Shown here: one piece after another, positions 54,357-63,985 of the stretch
Layout: each line of letters begins with the position of its first letter
How positions within the stretch are numbered: the stretch's first letter is position 1
DNA from: an uncultured Candidatus Saccharibacteria bacterium
GTDB taxonomy: Bacteria > Patescibacteriota > Saccharimonadia > Saccharimonadales > CAIOMD01
NCBI GenBank assembly: GCA_964566135.1
Contig: CAZMHM010000001.1
Span: forward strand, 197,829 to 261,828
Direction: 5' to 3'
DNA length: 64,000 nt
Program-made: the position numbers and the translations under genes
Notes under the pieces: generated by a model
Databases searched by the model: none
Seen by the model: the letters and a program-made list of their open reading frames with translations, nothing else
What the model was told of the DNA's origin: nothing

Positions 54357-56918
54357 ATGGCAACTAATTCTTCTACTCACACGCTTTTACTCCTTGAGAT
54401 TCCTCGTACCAACGACAAGAAAGAACTTGCGGCCGAGCAGATGTTTGCCGCGCTCCACGGCATATTAAAGCCCCGCCGCGAACTATTAGGCGGAGCCCAA
54501 GATCATATTAGTTTTGAAATTGCCGCTATTGGTCAGCGTATTAAGTTTTATGTATGGCTTCCAAAAAACCTTCAGTCTTTTGTCGAAGGACAGATTTACG
54601 CTCAATACCCAACAGCACAGATTTCAGAATTAGAAGAAGATTACGCGCAGCGCCCTATGCCACAACCTGTAATCTACACTACCGAACTCACTCTTACCGA
54701 TCACGAAACAATCCCCATCAAGACATTCCCAAGCTTTGAGGTTGACCCCTTGGCGGCCATTACCGCTACCTTTGCCAAACTAGAGCAACCCAACGAAGAA
54801 ATGTGGATTCAAATGATTGTACGGCCAATTAGCGATGATTGGCACAAACAAAGCTCACGCATGGTGAGTCGCATTACGTCAGGGCGGGGCAGTTGGGGCA
54901 GTGCTGGTATCGCCTCTGGAATAAGCTATGTTGGGCAGGCTTTTGGGGCACTTGTACGGCCTCCGTCAGAAACAACAACTGCCTATGTGCCGTCCGAACG
55001 CGAAAAGACCCGTATAACTGCTATAGAAGAGAAGAGCCGAAAACTTGGATACCAGGTTAAAATTCGTATTGTATACGCAGGTAACGACCAAGCAACTGCG
55101 CGCATGCGTATGCAAGCAATGGTCGGCACCTTTAAGCAGTTTAATACCACCAATCTCAACGGCTTCCAGAGTAAGTTCGCAAGTTTTGAGCCTTCAAAAT
55201 TAGCGCCATACGCCGCACGCACGTTCCTCGACAAGGGGTTTATCTTAAATATCGAAGAAGTCGCTAGCGTATATCACTTACCACACACCAGCGTAGAAAC
55301 ACCAAATATCGTTTGGGCAACCACCAAAACTGCCGAACCACCCGCCACGTTGCCGTCGTTTGGTCAATATCCCGAAAATGAGCTCAGCCTGTATGGCACG
55401 ACCAATTTTAGAGGTAGTAATACAATGTTTGGCTTATTACGCGCTGACCGCGGACGTCATGTGTATATTTTAGGTCAAACTGGTACCGGTAAATCAGGTT
55501 TGCTCGAGCTGCTCACACTTTCTGATATTTATTATGACCAGGGCATGGCCGTTATCGACCCACACGGCGATTACGCCACTAGTATCATGCGCTACATACC
55601 CGAACGTCGCATAAAGGACGTTATTTACTTTAACCCGGCAGATGTCGACTACCCAATTGGCTTTAACCCACTCGAAGTTACCGATTCGGTCAGTAAAGGC
55701 CAGGTGAGTAGTGAGCTTGTAGGCGTGCTCAAGCGCATGTTTGATAGCTGGGGGCCACGGCTCGAATATATCCTTCGATTTACTATTTTAGCCCTGTTGG
55801 ACTACCCAAATGCAACCATGCTTGATATTACCCGCATGCTTACCGAAAAGCGCTTTCGTGATGATGTTATTAGCTATATTGACGATCCGGTCGTTAAAAA
55901 CTTCTGGGTTACCGAATTTGCCAGCTGGAACGAAAAATTTGCATCAGAGGCCGTTGCGCCGGTGCTTAACAAGGTTGGCGCGTTTACCGCTAACCCGATT
56001 ATTCGTAATATCATTGGTCAGCCAAAAAGTACCTTTAGCATTAGACGCGCCATGGATGAGGGCAAGATTATTGTTGTTAACCTCTCCCGTGGCCTTGTCG
56101 GCGAAGATAACGCTGCTATCTTAGGCGCCATGTTTGTAACCAAAATACAATTAGCCGCCATGAGCCGTGCTGATATTCCACGGCTTGAAGACAGGCGCCC
56201 ATTCTATCTATATGTCGACGAATTCCAGAACTTTGCCACTGATAGTTTTGCGGTTATTTTAAGCGAAGCGCGTAAATATGCGCTTAATCTAACGATTGCC
56301 AACCAATACATCTCGCAGATGGAAGAAACGGTTCGTGGCGCCGTTTTTGGCAACGTCGGTACAATGATTACATTCCGCGTAAGCCCAGATGATAGCCCAT
56401 TCTTAAGCAAGTACTATGAGCCGCAGTTTGAGGCAGCAGATCTATCGAACTTCCATAATCGTCACTTTGTGACGAGCATGAGTATTAATGGCGAAAAAGC
56501 AGCCGCGTTCTCTGGTATAACGTTAAATATACCCCAGCCCCAGCACAGTAATATCGATGAAATCATCGCCCATTCGCGCCGCGAATACGCAGCCGACTTA
56601 CATACAGTTGAAGATATGATTAGAGCCGCAACACTGCCCCAGCAGCACGCTGCTGCTGCGCCACAACAGGCTCAACAGCAGCAATCAAGACAATCACACG
56701 ATGGCAAGAGTCATACCATCGTTGCACCATTACCTATTGCTCGCCCATATCCGCCCCAAGAGCAGCCCAAGATAGTCGAAACTGAATCCCAAAAACGTCG
56801 ACGTCGCCGCAAACGTGCAGCACAAGCACAAGAGCAGGCGACACCAAGGGTAGCGCCACCACCGCCACCAGTCCACAACCAACCCGATGATGATTCGGGC
56901 GTCCTAAAGATACGCTAA
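54357..56918 (+). CDS. VirD4/TraD-like (type IV coupling protein family) P-loop ATPase with CPR-type N-terminal domain and Q/R-rich tail
   Basis: Walker A GQTGTGKSGLLE, DPHGDY, Walker B LYVDEFQNF, TIANQY. C-terminal QQQ and RRRRRKR tracts. Confidence 0.75.
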   Translation: MATNSSTHTLLLLEIPRTNDKKELAAEQMFAALHGILKPRRELLGGAQDHISFEIAAIGQRIKFYVWLPKNLQSFVEGQIYAQYPTAQISELEEDYAQRPMPQPVIYTTELTLTDHETIPIKTFPSFEVDPLAAITATFAKLEQPNEEMWIQMIVRPISDDWHKQSSRMVSRITSGRGSWGSAGIASGISYVGQAFGALVRPPSETTTAYVPSEREKTRITAIEEKSRKLGYQVKIRIVYAGNDQATARMRMQAMVGTFKQFNTTNLNGFQSKFASFEPSKLAPYAARTFLDKGFILNIEEVASVYHLPHTSVETPNIVWATTKTAEPPATLPSFGQYPENELSLYGTTNFRGSNTMFGLLRADRGRHVYILGQTGTGKSGLLELLTLSDIYYDQGMAVIDPHGDYATSIMRYIPERRIKDVIYFNPADVDYPIGFNPLEVTDSVSKGQVSSELVGVLKRMFDSWGPRLEYILRFTILALLDYPNATMLDITRMLTEKRFRDDVISYIDDPVVKNFWVTEFASWNEKFASEAVAPVLNKVGAFTANPIIRNIIGQPKSTFSIRRAMDEGKIIVVNLSRGLVGEDNAAILGAMFVTKIQLAAMSRADIPRLEDRRPFYLYVDEFQNFATDSFAVILSEARKYALNLTIANQYISQMEETVRGAVFGNVGTMITFRVSPDDSPFLSKYYEPQFEAADLSNFHNRHFVTSMSINGEKAAAFSGITLNIPQPQHSNIDEIIAHSRREYAADLHTVEDMIRAATLPQQHAAAAPQQAQQQQSRQSHDGKSHTIVAPLPIARPYPPQEQPKIVETESQKRRRRRKRAAQAQEQATPRVAPPPPPVHNQPDDDSGVLKIR

Positions 56919-56950
56919 CGAGCAGGCAACCAGCCTGCTCGTTATTATTT
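56917..56950 (+). terminator. intrinsic terminator
   Basis: 11-bp perfect stem AACGAGCAGGC-AACCA-GCCTGCTCGTT, followed by ATTATTT. Confidence 0.7.
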
Positions 56951-57328
56951 ACTGTTGTTTGTAAATATGAACATTTTACGAACATTATTGCATGTAGAAG
57001 CACCAGCATACAAGTACCGAGCCATAAAGACAAATATCGGATAAATGAACGGCATAAGCCAAAAACAGGGTTTATGACAAAAAACAGAAAACAACAAAGC
57101 GGCATGAGTGAACGAAGCCAAAAATTCGAGAGCCAAAACACATGTTAGGGTACTCCCCCCGCAGCTCTACCCAATGTCGCACAATATATCTTTTACGACT
57201 TAAATATAGGTATTACAGATGATTAACTATACGTCCCTCTACAGGGGAGTTTTTACGTTTGGACGTATATTTCGCATTGTTTACCCGTGCCGCACCGTCG
57301 ATGCCGTCGGTTTATTGAGTTCTAATGC

Positions 57329-57370
57329 TTATACACATGAGATTCGAAATCCACATACAAGTTATCCACA
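57329..57370 (+). promoter_or_regulatory. cluster of three co-oriented DnaA-box-like 9-mers
   Basis: TTATACACA (57329-57337), AAATCCACA (57347-57355), TTATCCACA (57362-57370), compared with consensus TTATNCACA. An AT-rich tract follows at 57371-57470. Confidence 0.5.
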
Positions 57371-57539
57371 GCTATTTGCATTTTACGAACTTTGATATTT
57401 TTATATACTTTTACCCTACCTGCTATGTTGTCGTAAAAATATTTGCTTTTTTTACTTTTTGATATAATAGTATGCTTTTCCCCTCTCCTGCCTCATACCA
57501 CAATATAAGAACAAAATACGAACAAGAGTGTAAGAGGGG

Positions 57540-58445
57540 CTATTTATAGTAGACTTTGTCTACAAGCCGCACATCAATATATTCTGATGGTTTCTGTGAT
57601 ATCTCATTAAGCTTTTTTTCTGTAGCTCTTAGCGAACCGTATTGGGAGGTAATAGTATCTGTTAGCAAGAACTTGACGGTGTATCCCCCCCGCCCTGACT
57701 CTTTTGCCAAGATTTCATGTGGTGTTGTATTTAACGTAAATACTGGCTTGCTCTTATCGGCTGAAAATTGCGCGAGCAGGCGAGTAAACGCTTGCGTCTC
57801 ATCTGGGCGCATGAACTGCTCCCCCGCTTCCCCTTTTATCCCTGTTAAATTCTCGATTATCGGCAAGTTGCCGAGTGGTACATCCGACTGGCCAGCGGGC
57901 AGTAGCAAACGGCCCCGCGTACTTAAAACGAGATCTGATGAACCAGGTTGCGAAAAGACAGCCACAGCGTCATCAGTTACAATCTTTACCTCTGGTCGAT
58001 GACCCAAAAAACTACTCGTAACGGTTACGGTTCGTGCCTCTGGTATTGCCTGGCTTACCGCTTGCTCAAGCTTACTTGAGGGCAATAGCGGTTTTACTCT
58101 ACTTCGTAAATCATTACCAAACGCTTTTTGCGTTAGCTCGGTATACTCACTGAGGCTTCGATATTGCGTACCCTGAAGTGTTACATGCGGTTTACTTCCT
58201 AAACTAGCAAGGTAACCCACGACCAAAATAACCACCACCGCAATAAGCAACGTAAACCACGAAGATCGCACTCGCTCAATACGACGATATGCCAGGCTTG
58301 TTTCGGATTGCGGAGATGTGCGCTCAAAGTTGTCTAATTGGCGCCTGCTAGCGGTGTAATATGAGATTACCCTCTGTTGCGGAGCATCACTCCGGGCTCT
58401 GTCTGCCTGCTGGTTTTGTTTTTTCTTACGGCCAAAAAACCTCAT
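57540..58445 (-). CDS. FtsQ-like cell-division protein (bitopic, POTRA-like)
   Basis: Basic N-terminus, single TM WFTLLIAVVVILVVGYLA, periplasmic beta-rich domain. Sits directly downstream of murG. Confidence 0.55.
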   Translation of the reverse strand: MRFFGRKKKQNQQADRARSDAPQQRVISYYTASRRQLDNFERTSPQSETSLAYRRIERVRSSWFTLLIAVVVILVVGYLASLGSKPHVTLQGTQYRSLSEYTELTQKAFGNDLRSRVKPLLPSSKLEQAVSQAIPEARTVTVTSSFLGHRPEVKIVTDDAVAVFSQPGSSDLVLSTRGRLLLPAGQSDVPLGNLPIIENLTGIKGEAGEQFMRPDETQAFTRLLAQFSADKSKPVFTLNTTPHEILAKESGRGGYTVKFLLTDTITSQYGSLRATEKKLNEISQKPSEYIDVRLVDKVYYK

Positions 58446-59609
58446 TTACCGCACCGCCTCTTGTAGTACTGCAACGATATTAGCTGCAGCATTTGGTTTG
58501 GCAAGTGTATGAAGATTTTCGCTGAGTGTTTCACGTTTTTTAGGATGTGCTTCGAGGTCTTCAATCGCATCAAGTAATGCTTGATTATGTGACTCGGTAA
58601 TCTCCTTTTCGGATACTGATACGGCTGCTTGCTGTTCGGATAGAACGCGCGCATTAATTGTCTGGTGACCACCCGTCAAAACCGGATTCGGTACCAAAAT
58701 AACTGCTTTCTTTTGCACGCCGAATTCAAACGAGCTACTACCTGCACGAGAAACAATAACATCTGCAGCAGCCGTCACAATATGACTATCGTCGACAAAT
58801 GGCCACGATTGGATTCGTTGCTGCATACCTGGCGATAAAGATGCATAATAGTCTTTAACATCATCATACTGAGCTTTGCCCGTTTGGTGTAATAGCCATC
58901 GCTGTGAGTCTTTTGCCAGAAAACCTTGTGCTATTGCAACAATTGCATTATTTAGGCGAACCGCACCAAGGCTACCGCCAAAAACCGCAACCACAAAGGC
59001 AGATTCTGGAATACCAAGCTTTTGTCGCGCTTGGCTTTGTAGCGCTGGCGTCACCGTCGTAAACTCTTCGCGAATCGGTAATCCAGTGTAACGAATTTGA
59101 TCTTTAGGATAGGTATAGTATTGCTCAGGCATAGCGACCGCCATGTACCGCGCATACCGTGCTAGTACGCGGTTCGTAAGCCCAGGTACAGTATCAGAGT
59201 CATGAGTCACTAAAGGAATCCGCAAAAAGGCCGCAGCAAGCCCTACAGGCAAACACACAAAGCCACCTTTAGCAAACACTACCTGCGGTCTCCACCAAAT
59301 TAGCAACCAAAGACTTTGCAAAAGTCCAAAACTAAAGTAAAAAAAGTCCCGGATATTGCGGAGCATAATCCGTAAATCACGCACATATACCCACTTACTA
59401 ATGCCATGATACCGACGAAACTTACCAGCTACGATACGCCACGTACCATCAATATCGCTCGAGTCTTGTGCGATTGTGGCAAACCTATCGCCAACGTTGC
59501 CGATATAACGAATTTCAGCCTTAGGATGCTGGCGTTTAAGCTCAGATGCTACGGCGAGTAACGGTGTAACGTGGCCGGCTGTCCCGCCGCCAGTGACGAC
59601 TACCCTCAT
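58446..59609 (-). CDS. murG: UDP-N-acetylglucosamine--N-acetylmuramyl-(pentapeptide) pyrophosphoryl-undecaprenol GlcNAc transferase
   Basis: Start at MRVVVTGGGTAGHVTPLLAV. GGSLGA. C-terminal GT28 domain. Confidence 0.92.
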   Translation of the reverse strand: MRVVVTGGGTAGHVTPLLAVASELKRQHPKAEIRYIGNVGDRFATIAQDSSDIDGTWRIVAGKFRRYHGISKWVYVRDLRIMLRNIRDFFYFSFGLLQSLWLLIWWRPQVVFAKGGFVCLPVGLAAAFLRIPLVTHDSDTVPGLTNRVLARYARYMAVAMPEQYYTYPKDQIRYTGLPIREEFTTVTPALQSQARQKLGIPESAFVVAVFGGSLGAVRLNNAIVAIAQGFLAKDSQRWLLHQTGKAQYDDVKDYYASLSPGMQQRIQSWPFVDDSHIVTAAADVIVSRAGSSSFEFGVQKKAVILVPNPVLTGGHQTINARVLSEQQAAVSVSEKEITESHNQALLDAIEDLEAHPKKRETLSENLHTLAKPNAAANIVAVLQEAVR

Positions 59610-60780
59610 CCTCTGTCCTTTCGTTATCAAACCCGATCGAGGTTTTACGCATAGAAGTATAGCTAGAGATATTAAACACAACGCCAAGCGCAGCCATAGC
59701 AAAAATAAGACTTGTACCACCGTAGCTAATAAACGGCAGCGTGATGCCTTTAAGCGGCAACAAGCCAACCATCGCACCAATGTTTACAACTGCCTGCACG
59801 CTAAACCACGTAAAGACCGCCACACACATCAGCAAAGCAGTTCTATTGGGTGCTCGCTGCATAATGTTTAGAATCCTCAGTAATAACGAACCAAATAAGC
59901 CAATTAATACCACCACACCAACAAATCCAAACTTTTCGGCATAGATTGCAAAGATTGAGTCATTTGCCGCCTCTGGTAAATAGCCATATGCCTGCACGCT
60001 ATGCCCAAGCCCTAGTCCAAACACTCCCCCGCTACCGACAGCAATTAATGCCTGGCATGCATGATAGCCTGCATCTGCACAATCGCGTTCAGGCTGTAAA
60101 AATGTCAGGAACCGATCACGTCGATACGCAGTACTACTGATTGCAGCAACACCAAGCATCACCGCGACAATGCCAAAGATAATTATGCGCTTTAGGGGAA
60201 CTCCAGCCATAAATGCCATCGCAAACGCCATACCAAACAACACAAACGCAGAACCTAAGTCACGTTGCAAGACAACAACAATAAAGCTAAATACAGCAAA
60301 GGCAATGATGAGAGGTTTTAAACCTTTTAGGGTGTTTGCTCTGCCTTCGTTTGCGATACCAGCTAAGAATATTGAGCCAACAATAACTAGGGTAAATTTA
60401 AGAAACTCTACTGGTTGGAACGAAAACGCGCCGAGCTGAATCCATCGGTTCGCAAGGTGCGTGCCAAAAGCCAGCGTAGCTAGGCTCAAAACAAGCGCTG
60501 CAACGAGTAGTGGCTTCTGCAGTAGCTTCCAGGTATCGATTGAAATACGCGAAGCAATAAAAAAAGCTATACAGCCTAGAATTATCGCGATGAATTGTCT
60601 TGATACAAAATAATTATCGCCAACGTTGCCGCCAAGCGCAGCAAGCGCCGGGCTAATAGCAAACATGACAATAAGCCCAATCACGAGCAAAATACTTGCA
60701 ATCACTACCAGACCGTAATCGGGGCGATGCTTGCGCACCGTGGGGTCAACAGAGTGTTGCCGCGCGGTGCGCGGGTTCAT
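59542..60780 (-). CDS. ftsW: SEDS-family protein FtsW/RodA
   Basis: Start at MNPRTARQ (ATGA overlap with the mraY stop). 10 TM. FQPVEFLKF, LPEAANDSIFA, GLLPLKGITLPFISYGGTS. Confidence 0.9.
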   Translation of the reverse strand: MNPRTARQHSVDPTVRKHRPDYGLVVIASILLVIGLIVMFAISPALAALGGNVGDNYFVSRQFIAIILGCIAFFIASRISIDTWKLLQKPLLVAALVLSLATLAFGTHLANRWIQLGAFSFQPVEFLKFTLVIVGSIFLAGIANEGRANTLKGLKPLIIAFAVFSFIVVVLQRDLGSAFVLFGMAFAMAFMAGVPLKRIIIFGIVAVMLGVAAISSTAYRRDRFLTFLQPERDCADAGYHACQALIAVGSGGVFGLGLGHSVQAYGYLPEAANDSIFAIYAEKFGFVGVVVLIGLFGSLLLRILNIMQRAPNRTALLMCVAVFTWFSVQAVVNIGAMVGLLPLKGITLPFISYGGTSLIFAMAALGVVFNISSYTSMRKTSIGFDNERTEDEGSRHWRRDSRPRYTVTRRSI

Positions 60781-61817
60781 ACAAAGCCCCCAAGAATTGC
60801 CAACAATAGGCCAACAACGGCTGCTACCTGGCCAATAACCCAAAATCGCATGGTAACTTTTGTTTCCGGCCAGCCGATAGCTTCAAAATGATGATGAATC
60901 GGGCTAATCCTAAATATCTTTTTGCCATTGCGTAACTTCTTAGAAGCGATTTGCAAAATAACTGAACCTGCCTCTGCCACGAACACAAAACCAATAACCG
61001 GCAAAAGTACGAGCGTGTCGGTCATCATAGCAACAACACCCAGCGCTGTGCCTAGCGCAAAGCTACCGACATCACCCATGAAGAACCGAGCCGGAAAAAT
61101 ATTGAACCAAACATACGCCAGTAGAGAGCCAACCATGGTTAGACAAAATGCTGCAATACCGTAGCTACCCTGTAAAAGTGCGATAACTGAATATGCACCA
61201 AAAGCAGTCGCCAATAGCCCTCCAGCAAGCCCATCAAGCCCATCCGACATGTTCACAGCATTGGCAGTAGCAACAACGACAAGGACAAATAACGGAATAA
61301 TAAGCCAGCCAATTGCAACCGCACCTACCCCAGGTACGTGAAACGAATCAATGCCGTTTTTTGCAAAAAACCACCAACCACCAATAAGCGCAACAGTTGC
61401 GATAAGCGCAAACTTAAGCTTAGAACGTAAGCCAGCAACACCACTACCATCCCCTTTAATGTTGATGTAATCATCAAGCAAACCAACCGCGCCCGCACCT
61501 ACCATTGCCGCAAGAGGAAGCCACGTTTGACCCCTGTCAAGATTGAACAATAGCGTCACAACACCAACACCAACTACCATAATAAGGCCTGCCATTGTTG
61601 GAATATGACGAGCATGCTTTGCCTTGTGCAATTTTTGGAACTCTGTCGCCTTTTCACCGGTTACGGCTGTTGTACGGGGGCGCTTCCACCACTGATATTT
61701 ATACGCAAGTGTCGTATAGATTGGGGTAATAAGCATGCTCAGCGCAAACCCTAGGAATCCTAAAATAAGAATGTGTTCGAGTGTTGATGATTGAATAGAC
61801 AGATTGATTGTAGACAT
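60777..61817 (-). CDS. mraY: phospho-N-acetylmuramoyl-pentapeptide transferase
   Basis: PTMAGL, NAVNMSDGLDGLA, FMGDVGSFALG, HHHFE. Confidence 0.93.
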   Translation of the reverse strand: MSTINLSIQSSTLEHILILGFLGFALSMLITPIYTTLAYKYQWWKRPRTTAVTGEKATEFQKLHKAKHARHIPTMAGLIMVVGVGVVTLLFNLDRGQTWLPLAAMVGAGAVGLLDDYINIKGDGSGVAGLRSKLKFALIATVALIGGWWFFAKNGIDSFHVPGVGAVAIGWLIIPLFVLVVVATANAVNMSDGLDGLAGGLLATAFGAYSVIALLQGSYGIAAFCLTMVGSLLAYVWFNIFPARFFMGDVGSFALGTALGVVAMMTDTLVLLPVIGFVFVAEAGSVILQIASKKLRNGKKIFRISPIHHHFEAIGWPETKVTMRFWVIGQVAAVVGLLLAILGGFV

Positions 61818-61890
61818 GGTAATTGTGTTCCGTTTTTACGTGTATTTATTTTCTTTCTACCTCTGTTTAGTATACCATAATTTGCTAATA

Positions 61891-63648
61891 TCAAGAGCTT
61901 TTTGGCTTAAGGGCAAAATTATCGATTATTTTATTACTTATCTCCGCCCAGACTTTGGCGGCTTCGCCACTCGCAAAGCCTGAAGTCTTTGGCTCGTCAA
62001 GGCGAACAACCATAACATACTGGGGTTTATCACCACCAATAAAGCCTGCATATGCACCGTTATAGGCGTCTTCTTTGTAGTTACCGTTACTGTCCGCCTC
62101 TTGAGCGGTGCCGCTCTTTGCGCCGAGCGTATAACCGCTACGTAATGCGGCTTTATTATTTATAGATAGCGAGTCGGTTAGTAGCCCGCGCACTTGCTCG
62201 CTCGCTTTTTCACTCACAACACCCTGCTTTATTACCGTTGGTTTAAATGTAACTGTCTTGCCATTAACCTCTTGTGTAGCAACTAAAGTCGGTTTGTAGT
62301 AGGTGCCGCCATTAACTAGTGCAGTATACGCTGCTGCGAGCTGTAGCGGTGTCACCGTCAATCCCTGGCCAAACGCCATATTGGCATACCGCACATTAAG
62401 CCCGTCGCCGTCATTCGGCCCGCTAACAACACCGGCTACTTCTCCACTTTGCTCAACGCCGGATGCCTTACCGAAAAAGTAATGGTCTGTTAAATATGTA
62501 AACCACGTTTGGCGCGCTTTTTCGTTAATATCGCCACCACCTAATGTTTTCAGTACAAAAACTGCCCCGGTATTGAGTGACTTATTGATAACATCGTGTA
62601 TCGACATATTCTGAGCACCCCAGTTAACGGAGTTTTTAATAGTACGATCGCTAACGGTTACAAAACCCGGGTCGTAATAACTCGTTTCTGGGTTAGCAGT
62701 TCCCTCGGTAAATGCCGCACCAATAATAAGCGGTTTAATCACCGAGCCCGGTTCCCAAGCGCCAGTCACAGTATTATTTGTAAAGATGCCAATGTCGGAT
62801 ATTTTATCGAACTGACTTGGGTCGTAGGTCGGATAATTTGCCATGGCCTTGATTGCACCATTCGTAACGTCAATAACCACTACGCTACCTCGTACAGATT
62901 TCGTCCTCTCGATGCCACTCTTTAATGCCTCTTCGGCGATACGCTGCATGCCAATATCTACCGTTAACGTAACGTCTTTACCAGGCACTGCTTTGCGTAA
63001 AATCGTATCGTTATTCACGGCGAGCGGAATACCCCTAACATCGGTTACTGCTTTCTCGAGCCCAGTGATGCCGCCAAGCTCTTCGTCTAGATAACCCTCC
63101 ACCCCGTACTGGCCCTTACCATCATCATTTACAAAGCCCAACAGCTGAGATGCTAGTGTCCCTTGCGGATACGTACGAGTACTGACTTCTTTCTGTCCAA
63201 TACCCTTAAGCTGCAACGCATCTACCCTACCCGCTTGGTCTTTGGTCAATTTTTTTGCCAGTACAACATATCTACTTGTTGGGGATTTCAGCTTTTTGGC
63301 TAGTGCATCTTTATCGCCGCCGATTAAGGGTACTAGCTTTGCTGCCGTTTCCTCTGGGTCGGTCACAAATTTAGGGTCAGCATAGATAACATACAGTTGC
63401 TCGTTCAAGACAACTGGTACCGACGCAGAACCATCCGATAAGCGTATAATTCCCCGCGGTGCCGTAATCTCAAACTTCTTTATATGCTCGGCAAGTGCCT
63501 GAGCCTGATAAAAATCATGACGAATAATCTGCACGTAAAAAAGGCGTGCAATTAATATGCCGCCAACAATTATCAATATAACTCTTAAGACCGCTATGCG
63601 ATCAAAGGATTTGTGCGAGTCATTTTGTCTTGGTTTTATATAGTTCAT
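61891..63648 (-). CDS. ftsI: class B penicillin-binding protein (FtsI/PBP2-type transpeptidase)
   Basis: TM anchor, dimerisation domain, SxxK (GSVIKP), SxN (KSLNTG), K[ST]G (AKSGTA). Confidence 0.88.
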   Translation of the reverse strand: MNYIKPRQNDSHKSFDRIAVLRVILIIVGGILIARLFYVQIIRHDFYQAQALAEHIKKFEITAPRGIIRLSDGSASVPVVLNEQLYVIYADPKFVTDPEETAAKLVPLIGGDKDALAKKLKSPTSRYVVLAKKLTKDQAGRVDALQLKGIGQKEVSTRTYPQGTLASQLLGFVNDDGKGQYGVEGYLDEELGGITGLEKAVTDVRGIPLAVNNDTILRKAVPGKDVTLTVDIGMQRIAEEALKSGIERTKSVRGSVVVIDVTNGAIKAMANYPTYDPSQFDKISDIGIFTNNTVTGAWEPGSVIKPLIIGAAFTEGTANPETSYYDPGFVTVSDRTIKNSVNWGAQNMSIHDVINKSLNTGAVFVLKTLGGGDINEKARQTWFTYLTDHYFFGKASGVEQSGEVAGVVSGPNDGDGLNVRYANMAFGQGLTVTPLQLAAAYTALVNGGTYYKPTLVATQEVNGKTVTFKPTVIKQGVVSEKASEQVRGLLTDSLSINNKAALRSGYTLGAKSGTAQEADSNGNYKEDAYNGAYAGFIGGDKPQYVMVVRLDEPKTSGFASGEAAKVWAEISNKIIDNFALKPKSS

Positions 63649-63700
63649 ACAAATATGAGTACATTGCCATAAGCGCTGTACCAATACCTGATATTATACC

Positions 63701-63985
63701 TTAATTTGCGGCAAAAGCGGTTGGCTTTGCATCTGTCATTGCAGATGCGACCGAACTAGCTTTTACGCGTTCGAGGCTTTGTAGTCGAGTTGATTCTACT
63801 TCGAGGCTTGCATACTCTTCTTTGAGCTGCGTTTGCTTAACATTAAGCTCGCTCACCTTATAGCCAAGAGCATTCGTCTTGGTTACTTGCGTGAGATACA
63901 TGAGCCCGAGCAGACACATCACGAGAATAAGCACAATGGCGTTCGAAACAGGTCCGAGCCCTGCCTTGTTTGCACTCATTGTCAC
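63701..63985 (-). CDS. FtsL-like small bitopic division protein
   Basis: Single TM plus a coiled-coil segment (KVSELNVKQTQLKEEYASLEVESTRLQSLE). Sits immediately upstream of the PBP gene. Start is GTG 63985 or ATG 63979. Confidence 0.5.
   Translation of the reverse strand: MTMSANKAGLGPVSNAIVLILVMCLLGLMYLTQVTKTNALGYKVSELNVKQTQLKEEYASLEVESTRLQSLERVKASSVASAMTDAKPTAFAAN

Noticed and set aside
56734-57141. 135-aa and 63-aa minus-strand ORFs in and next to the convergent spacer.
   Set aside because: The longer one overlaps the 3' end of the VirD4-like gene and crosses its terminator. Both use non-ATG starts without a convincing RBS. The 63-aa hydrophobic ORF cannot be excluded but is unsupported.
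57329-57470. Calling the DnaA-box cluster the chromosomal oriC.
   Set aside because: Flanking genes converge on the spacer. Most genes are on + to the left and on - to the right, which is a terminus-like rather than an origin-like orientation. No dnaA/dnaN is adjacent. It is reported as a DnaA-box locus only. I also looked for a dif-like XerCD site here and found none.
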